From assembly GCA_002269645.1 (NCBI GenBank), contig NIVC01003067.1, positions 1-64,000 on the forward strand: 64,000 nt of DNA, in the 5' to 3' direction. The translations under genes were made by a program, and so were the position numbers. Positions 56,562-64,000 of the stretch are shown piece by piece. Source of the DNA: Macrostomum lignano (Eukaryota). The first letter of the stretch is position 1. Each line of letters opens with the position of its first letter. A model generated the notes under the pieces. That model ran no database searches. It was not told where the DNA came from and saw only the letters and a list, made by a program, of their open reading frames with translations.

Positions 56562-58429
56562 ACACCACCAGCTACACTCAACTCAGGCATTATTTCTTCA
56601 CAGGCTGATTTAATTTGGTTTATATTATAAGCAGCGTTCGTTCTCTAAAGCTAATATTCTTAAAGCCTGTCAGCCCGCCCGTCTGTCTGTCCTGTAACGA
56701 CTCCAGAATATAATAGCTCATTGTGTGCATCCCTGTCACCAGTCAGCCGGATTGTTAGGAGTTAGGAGATTATTTTCTTTTTCTTCACCCGCTAAAAAGA
56801 AGGCCCATTCATACTCTTGAGCCGAAATCGACTTTTCTATTCATATCAAGGCCGGTATTTTCAAAATATTCCGGCGACCTGAGAGTGCAAATCCCTTCAA
56901 GATGAAATGGTGACCAGTCGAGATGATCAGTCTGCCTGCTTATGTAGAGTCTAAAGTGGCCCAAGTTTTTATGCATTTTCCAATCCCGCGCTTTGTACAG
57001 TTTTTCATTGGCAGATTTCTTTTTTTCGGCGCTTTCTACTGCTTCACTGCATGCTGCATGCTCCTTCCCATTGTCATTTAAAACGAATTTTAAATGATTT
57101 TTGTAGCAGCTCTCACTCCGAAGCCTCGAGGAAAATCAGAACACTTTTTATTAAATCCTAGCCGACAGCCGGCTTGCAAAGTCAGGTAAAAATGGTTTTC
57201 TGCTCACGCATAACTGCTTTTTAGATTTTCTCTATTGAAGCTTTTGTCAAACTTGTTCATTGTTCTGCGTCATAGCCCAGTACGCTTGTTGTTTGTGGCA
57301 GCGACTATGGCTTCGGTTTGTTTGTTTATTCTATATGCAACTCTGATGCAAATTTTTTCACGACTGAGGTCATGGGGTCTGCATGGTCTAGCTAGAGGCG
57401 CTGCCCTGACGCTCTTGTGCCAAACACCAGCGCCAAGTACTTAGAAGAGAGCAGTGGAGCTCTAATACGGTTTGACAGTGGAGATTCAGGTGAACAATTT
57501 GATGGCTTGATGAAGGACATTCTATTCTGCGTGAGCTCCACTTTACTAATTGGCCCATTAGTGTGGCCGTTATTATGCTACAGTATGTGGAATTACTTAC
57601 TTTAGATGTACTTTACCATCGCTAGCGACTGTTCGGTGCATCATAGAGGTTGCAAAATTTGTACCGTGTTTGTAAGCAGACGCAATAGTTTCACGAGCTC
57701 AATAGATAATTGGCAGTTACCTCCTAAAGCTGACACCTAATAGCATGCCTGGGCCTGTGATCTCTAAGAAAAGAATAGACAAAGACAATGGACAACTAAA
57801 CACTTACGGCTAACATGTATAAAGCTGACACAGTGTTACCTTGATTAGAGAGTGATCTAATTTTGTTCCTATCGCTAATGCATAGTTAATCCTTAGCTGA
57901 CGATTAGGATCCTTGGGGGGAATTGCTAGGAGGGCGCTGCATTGTACTTAAAGCGGAGCTCTATCATGTTGGGATAAACTTCGATGTAATAATTAATACC
58001 ATCAGTGTAAGCAGCTTTCAAGTCTCTGAGCTCCCTCTTGTCCTTTATTTATTCACTTCACGGATGCCTTCCTTCGTGTCAGGATTCGGATTCCTGCGCC
58101 GCGTTTTCCAGACGTACAGCTCAGACAGAGATATGGCTACTTAATTTTTTTATTATTTTAGATTAGAAAAAGTAAGCACATTTGAATATGAAATAGTAGC
58201 GCAAAGAAATAATAATAATGTTTAGTAAGTTAGCAACAAATTAAAAATATTCTGGCAAGCAACGCGAGTTGGTGCAAAGTACAAGACAATTATAAGTCCA
58301 AACAGGTGTATATCGTTACCACTTTCAGATAACTGTTTTGTTAATAGGCTTTTGACCATAAATATTTCTCGCCGCCAGAGAATATGCAGAGGCGCAGAGA
58401 GTCCGTTGTGGTGTTGGGGGGTGAAGATC

Positions 58430-59082
58430 TAACCATAGACATTCTAACCATAGACATTCTAACCATAGACATTCTAACCATAGAAATTCTAACCATAGAC
58501 ATTCTAACCATAGACATTCTAACCATAGACATTCTAACCATAGAAATTCTAACCATAGACATTCTAACCATAGACATTCTAACCATAGACATTCTAACCA
58601 TAGAAATTCTAACCATAGACATTCTAACCATAGAAATTCTAACCATAGACATTCTAACCATAGACATTCTAACCATAGACATTCTAACCATAGACATTCT
58701 AACCATAGACATTCTAACCATAGACATTCTAACCATAGACATTCTAACCATAGAAATTCTAACCATAGAAATTCTAACCATAGACATTCTAACCATAGAC
58801 ATTCTAACCATAGACATTCTAACCATAGACATTCTAACCATAGACATTCTAACCATAGACATTCTAACCATAGAAATTCTAACCATAGACATTCTAACCA
58901 TAGACATTCTAACCATAGACATTCTAACCATAGACATTCTAACCATAGAAATTCTAACCATAGAAATTCTAACCATAGAAATTCTAACCATAGACATTCT
59001 AACCATAGACATTCTAACCATAGACATTCTAACCATAGACATTCTAACCATAGACATTCTAACCATAGACATTCTAACCATG
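58430..59082. repeat. 15-bp minisatellite (AACCATAGACATTCT)
   Basis: About 43 copies with a C/A variant position. Confidence 0.97.
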
Positions 59083-59350
59083 GACAAATTTTCCCTGAAT
59101 TAAACAGCCCTACTAACAATATTTCTATTTTAAAGATATTTTAAAATATTTTAAACTTCGTGATTTTTCTATATCTCTTTCTATATCTTCTATTTCTCTA
59201 TCTGTCTATTGCTCAATTTCTATGGGATTTATTCATAGTTTGCGCGTTTAGTTAGTTTTGCAGGTGGGTTTGGGCGTTACCCAGGTCGGCAGGGTCGGCA
59301 AGGGCGGCACACGCGAGAGGCAAACAAAGCAAGCAAACAGCACGCGATAG

Positions 59351-60601
59351 TCAAGTTGCCACATCAAACTGAACGGTGTGCAGCTTGGGACAGACGCACC
59401 GGTGATTATACTGATGCAGGTGGCCCTGCGGTATCGCCAGCAGCCGATTGTTCAGCATGTCGTACGAGGCCGAGCTGTCGCCGAAGAAGGCTGGCGGCGG
59501 CTGCGCCCGCTGAGGACTGCGCTGATTCCGGCGGGTCTGCGGCATCAGGTGGCGGTGCTGGACGGCCTGCCGATTGACGGCGCGGCTCGGAGCGTAGATG
59601 CTGGCCTCGTTGCTCAGGCCGCAGCAGCATTTGCAGCATCGGACGCAGGACGTGCACAGACTGGCCACTACTGTCGATCTGGTGGCAAACATAAAGTACA
59701 ATATAGGATTCAGAACACTGTGCAGCAGGACCAGCTTCTCCGACACAGTCGGGAACAGGGAGTTGCGCAGAAGTCGGCCGTCCGAGTACACGTGCAGCAT
59801 CAGGGCGAGAAAGTAGGGCAGCCAGCACAATAGGAAGGCGATTACGACACAGAGGCTCATAAATACGGCTTTGATTTTGGCTCGCGACAGCAGCCGACTG
59901 CCGCCCCAAGCATTCGATTGCTGCTGTTGCTGTTGCAGCAAGTGTACTTGATGCTGCGACGGCTGGCTCTGGCTGGAGCCCATCAACAGCTGAGGATGGT
60001 AGTCGCAATGGCAGCCCCGTTCGCTGCCATCGTTGACGCTCGCACCTCCGCTGCCGCTGCTGCTGCCGCCCCTGCCACAGACGCGGTCGATGCAGATACC
60101 TCCGCCTCCGCCTTCGCCGCCGTTGTTGACAGCAGGGCAGGAGCCATTCAAGCGGCGTTGAATCTGTGCCGGCATCTTGTTACTGCTCGCTTTCATGTTC
60201 CTCCTCAATGGCGCCATCATAATCATCTGCTGAGTCTGCAACCGGCTCGAGCTGTCCGACCCGACTGTCTCATCCGTGGACTGGACTGGCACTGCGCGAG
60301 TTCGCTGCCAGATAGCGTAGACAATCCTGCCGTAGCAGTAGACCATGGCCAGAGTAGGAAACACAACAACCACCAACAGGACATAGAGCAGGTAGATCTT
60401 CCTCTGCCAGGGCTCCGAATAGCCTTCGCTCTCGCACCGAGTCAGTGTGTAGTTGCCGGTCGCAGTAACTTGCACAACCGTGGTTTGCTTGAAAATGAAC
60501 AGCTGCGGCGTCGCAAACACCAGGGCGCAGAGCCAGCAGGCCAGGATTCGGCGGGCCACGCGGGAATCGCGGTGGAACGCGCGGAGAGGCTTCACTAATA
60601 C
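59351..60601 (-). CDS. Class A neuropeptide GPCR (vasopressin/oxytocin/CCAP/GnRH superfamily), last exon TM4-TM7
   Basis: Acceptor TTCAG|GTA. W..ALVFATPQL; C..GYSEPWQRKIY; CYGRI..IW; SRAKIKAVFMSL..AFLLCWLPYF; LNPILY; Cys-rich tail. Confidence 0.9.
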   Translation of the reverse strand, partial: VLVKPLRAFHRDSRVARRILACWLCALVFATPQLFIFKQTTVVQVTATGNYTLTRCESEGYSEPWQRKIYLLYVLLVVVVFPTLAMVYCYGRIVYAIWQRTRAVPVQSTDETVGSDSSSRLQTQQMIMMAPLRRNMKASSNKMPAQIQRRLNGSCPAVNNGGEGGGGGICIDRVCGRGGSSSGSGGASVNDGSERGCHCDYHPQLLMGSSQSQPSQHQVHLLQQQQQQSNAWGGSRLLSRAKIKAVFMSLCVVIAFLLCWLPYFLALMLHVYSDGRLLRNSLFPTVSEKLVLLHSVLNPILYFMFATRSTVVASLCTSCVRCCKCCCGLSNEASIYAPSRAVNRQAVQHRHLMPQTRRNQRSPQRAQPPPAFFGDSSASYDMLNNRLLAIPQGHLHQYNHRCVCPKLHTVQFDVAT

Positions 60602-60924
60602 CTGAATTAGGGTTGGAATTAGGGATGCGACCATGTTCAAATGCAAGGCTTCAGATCTATCTAACCGAATAACTTTTGTAGGGCGCAAGGTCTGACAGAA
60701 TTCAAGCAGTCAGAGCTCGCAAATCACAAAGCTAATTGGAATGCCCGAGACAGCAACGAGCTAAGTTGGGTGAGCCAACAACATGGAATAGGGTCTGGGA
60801 GGTGTGTTGCGAGCATTGATCTTCCATGTGTCTGTCGCTTTGCCACATCGAACAACCGCGCCGATGAAGTCTGGGTTTCCCACAAAGCCACGAATTCTTT
60901 TCCATGCTGCCAACCCAGTTAATT

Positions 60925-62330
60925 TAGTGTGCTGCCACCACATATTCAGTGTGCTGCCACCACATATTCAGTGTGCTGCCACCACATATTCAGTGTGCTG
61001 CCACCACATATTCAGTGTGCTGCCACCACATATTCAGTGTGCTGCCACCACATATTCAGTGTGCTGCCACCACATATTCAGTGTGCTGCCACCACATATT
61101 CAGTGTGCTGCCACCACATATTCAGTGTGCTGCCACCACATATTCAGTGTGCTGCCACCACATATTCAGTGTGCTGCCACCACATATTCAGTGTGCTGCC
61201 ACCCCATATTCAGTGTGCTGCCACCACATATTCAGTGTGCTGCCACCACATATTCAGTGTGCTGCCACCACATATTCAGTGTGCTGCCACCCCATACTCA
61301 GTGTGCTGCCACCCCATACTCAGTGTCTGCCACCTCATATTCAGTGTGCTGCCACCACATATTCAGTGTGCTGCCACCACATATTCAGTGTCTGCCACCT
61401 CATATTCAGTGTACTGCCACCACATATTCAGTGTGCTGCCACCCCATATTCAGTGTGCTGCCACCACATATTCAGTGTGCTGCCACCCCATATTCAGTGT
61501 GCTGCCACCCCATACTCAGTGTGCTGCCACCACATATTCAGTGTGCTGCCACCCCATATTCAGTGTGCTGCCACCACATATTCAGTGTGCTGCCACCCCA
61601 TACTCAGTGTGCTGCCACCACATATTCAGTGTCTGCCACTCCATACTCAGTGTGCTGCCACCACATATTCAGTGTGCTGCCACCACATATTCAGTGTGCT
61701 GCCACCACATATTCAGTGTGCTGCCACCACATATTCAGTGTGCTGCCACCACATATTCAGTGTGCTGCCACCCCATATTCAGTGTGCTGCCACCACATAT
61801 TCAGTGTGCTGCCACCACATATTCAGTGTGCTGCCACCACATATTCAGTGTGCTGCCACCCCATACTCAGTGTGCTGCCACCCCATACTCAGTGTCTGCC
61901 ACCTCATATTCAGTGTGCTGCCACCAAATATTCAGTGTGCTGCCACCACATATTCAGTGTCTGCCACCTCATATTCAGTGTACTGCCACCACATATTCAG
62001 TGTGCTGCCACCCCATATTCAGTGTGCTGCCACCACATATTCAGTGTGCTGCCACCCCATATTCAGTGTGCTGCCACCCCATACTCAGTGTGCTGCCACC
62101 ACATATTCAGTGTGCTGCCACCCCATATTCAGTGTGCTGCCACCACATATTCAGTGTGCTGCCACCCCATATTCAGTGTGCTGCCACCCCATACTCAGTG
62201 TGCTGCCACCCCATATTCAGTGTCTGCCACTCCATACTCAGTGTGCTGCCACCACATATTCAGTGTGCTGCCACCCCATACTCAGTGTGCTGCCACCACA
62301 TATTCAGTGTCTGCCACTCCATATCCATAT
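60925..62330. repeat. 22-bp intronic minisatellite (GTGTGCTGCCACCACATATTCA)
   Basis: About 64 copies; source of three spurious ORFs. Confidence 0.97.
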
Positions 62331-63102
62331 ACTAACAATGAGTTGTTCAGTGTGCTGAAATCAAACTCTAGCTTATCTTAGAGTAACCAAACTGCTATAA
62401 TGCAGTCAAATCCTTATAAAAATACCTGAAATTCGATAACTAAGAGTGCATCTGTGACACCTGACACATCATTATCAAAATTTCAGATGATAGGCTTCAT
62501 GGGTCTTCCAAGGCATTTGGCCGAGTGGAAGCTTTTGTATGTATTTTTGGCTTCAATTCACCTTTATCACGCATTTTCTAGCCTTGGTTTCAAAATTCAT
62601 GCGTGACTTGCCCTTATTTTTGTGCAATAGCAGTGACTTGGCCTTGACAGGTTTAGAACAGGCACCTATTTGACCAGTTGTCAATGTGAAAAATAGCTGG
62701 TACAAGCGGTTGGGTCAGCGCTTTTAACGCATAAAACGCTTGCCTCTGAGCACCCCCCGATGCGCACTTATACGAGCTATAAATAATTGAGCAACACATG
62801 ACGACATGCAGACTGTCATACTCTGGACCCTGGGATTAACTCCATTCATTCCCACCCGACATCGATCAAGGCTTTCCCATCCAGGATTTAAACTAATAAT
62901 GCTTCGCTCCAATATTACTCAGAATAGTTCCCCTCAAGCCGTCAGGCGCGGCTCCTCTTCCGAACGTCCTCATAACTCTCCGCCTCCTGTCTAATCAGGC
63001 GGAAAACTTTTTACCCAAATGGTTGCGATGGACTGCTAACTTCTACGGTGAAATATATGGCACCGCGATACTTTTCACAAAGATGCTCTGGAAAGTTGTA
63101 GA

Positions 63103-63599
<497 letters not shown>

Positions 63600-63616
63600 C
63601 TGTTTCTCAAGCGCTT

Positions 63617-63770
63617 AGCACCAGCTCACCTCGTATCTGTCAACAGTCATCACCAGCACCAGCTCACCTCGTATCTGTCATCAGTCATCGCCAGCACCAG
63701 CTCACCTCGTATCTGTCATCAGTCATCGCCAGCACCAGCTCACCTCGTATCTGTCAACAGTCATCGCCAG
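63617..63770 (-). repeat. Four tandem ~38-bp copies of the GPCR exon end plus 5' splice site
   Basis: GGCGATGACTG(T/A)TGACAGATACGAG|GTGAGCTGGTGCT x4. Confidence 0.92.
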
Positions 63771-64000
63771 CAGCAGGAAGGCCGTGGAGGCCAGGCAGAC
63801 GAACTGCACGTAGACAACCAGTTTGCACATGACGGGGCCGAGCTCCCACTGGCCGAAGGCGATGAAGAGCAGCTCTCCTGAGCACACAACTGCACCAACG
63901 CAGATGTCGCCGACAGCCAAGTTGATGAGGAAGAAGTTGATGCGCATAATTTTGCCAACAAGCCTCCAGGTCTGGCGAATGTAGACAATTAGGCGCAAAT
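63744..64000 (-). CDS. Same GPCR, upstream exon TM2-TM3 (continues beyond window)
   Basis: INLAVGDICV..W.LGPVMCK..YVQ..STAFLLLAMTVDRYE then GTGAGC donor; phase 0 joins the 60601 exon. Confidence 0.9.

Noticed and set aside
56288-56590. Minus-strand 100-aa gene
   Set aside because: Antisense of the LINE C-terminal zinc-finger region and (CAA)n tail.
58325-59119. Pentapeptide-repeat proteins (CLWLE, MSMVR, LTIDI)
   Set aside because: Frame-neutral 15-bp minisatellite, open in several frames on both strands.
59378-60598. Overlapping antisense genes to the GPCR
   Set aside because: Expected shadow ORFs of a GC-rich exon.
60804-62381. 470-525 aa Cys/His-rich ORFs
   Set aside because: Translations of the 22-bp intronic array.

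Overview
Repeat-dense eukaryotic (animal) DNA, with GC-rich exons separated by introns packed with minisatellites. This style suggests an invertebrate such as the flatworm Macrostomum (inference only). Host genes: (1) a minus-strand diacylglycerol lipase alpha-like gene (~1.1-14 kb) whose catalytic Ser is replaced by Gly; (2) a plus-strand CCDC154-like coiled-coil gene (35.4-41.6 kb); (3) an intronless small secreted protein with two 6-Cys repeats (48.4-48.8 kb); (4) a vasopressin/oxytocin/GnRH-superfamily GPCR (59.35 kb to window end). Mobile DNA: a CORE-type tRNA SINE, two hAT-type MITEs with 8-bp TSDs, a 6.7-kb PHD-FLYWCH Mutator-like element, a neighbouring MULE-like MITE, a near-intact Ty3/Gypsy element with identical LTRs, a Crypton remnant, and a chimeric insertion (inverted Gypsy 3' end fused to a LINE) inside one 12-bp TSD. 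Nearly all very long ORFs in the track are minisatellite artefacts. All protein assignments come from motif recognition by eye, not from database searches.
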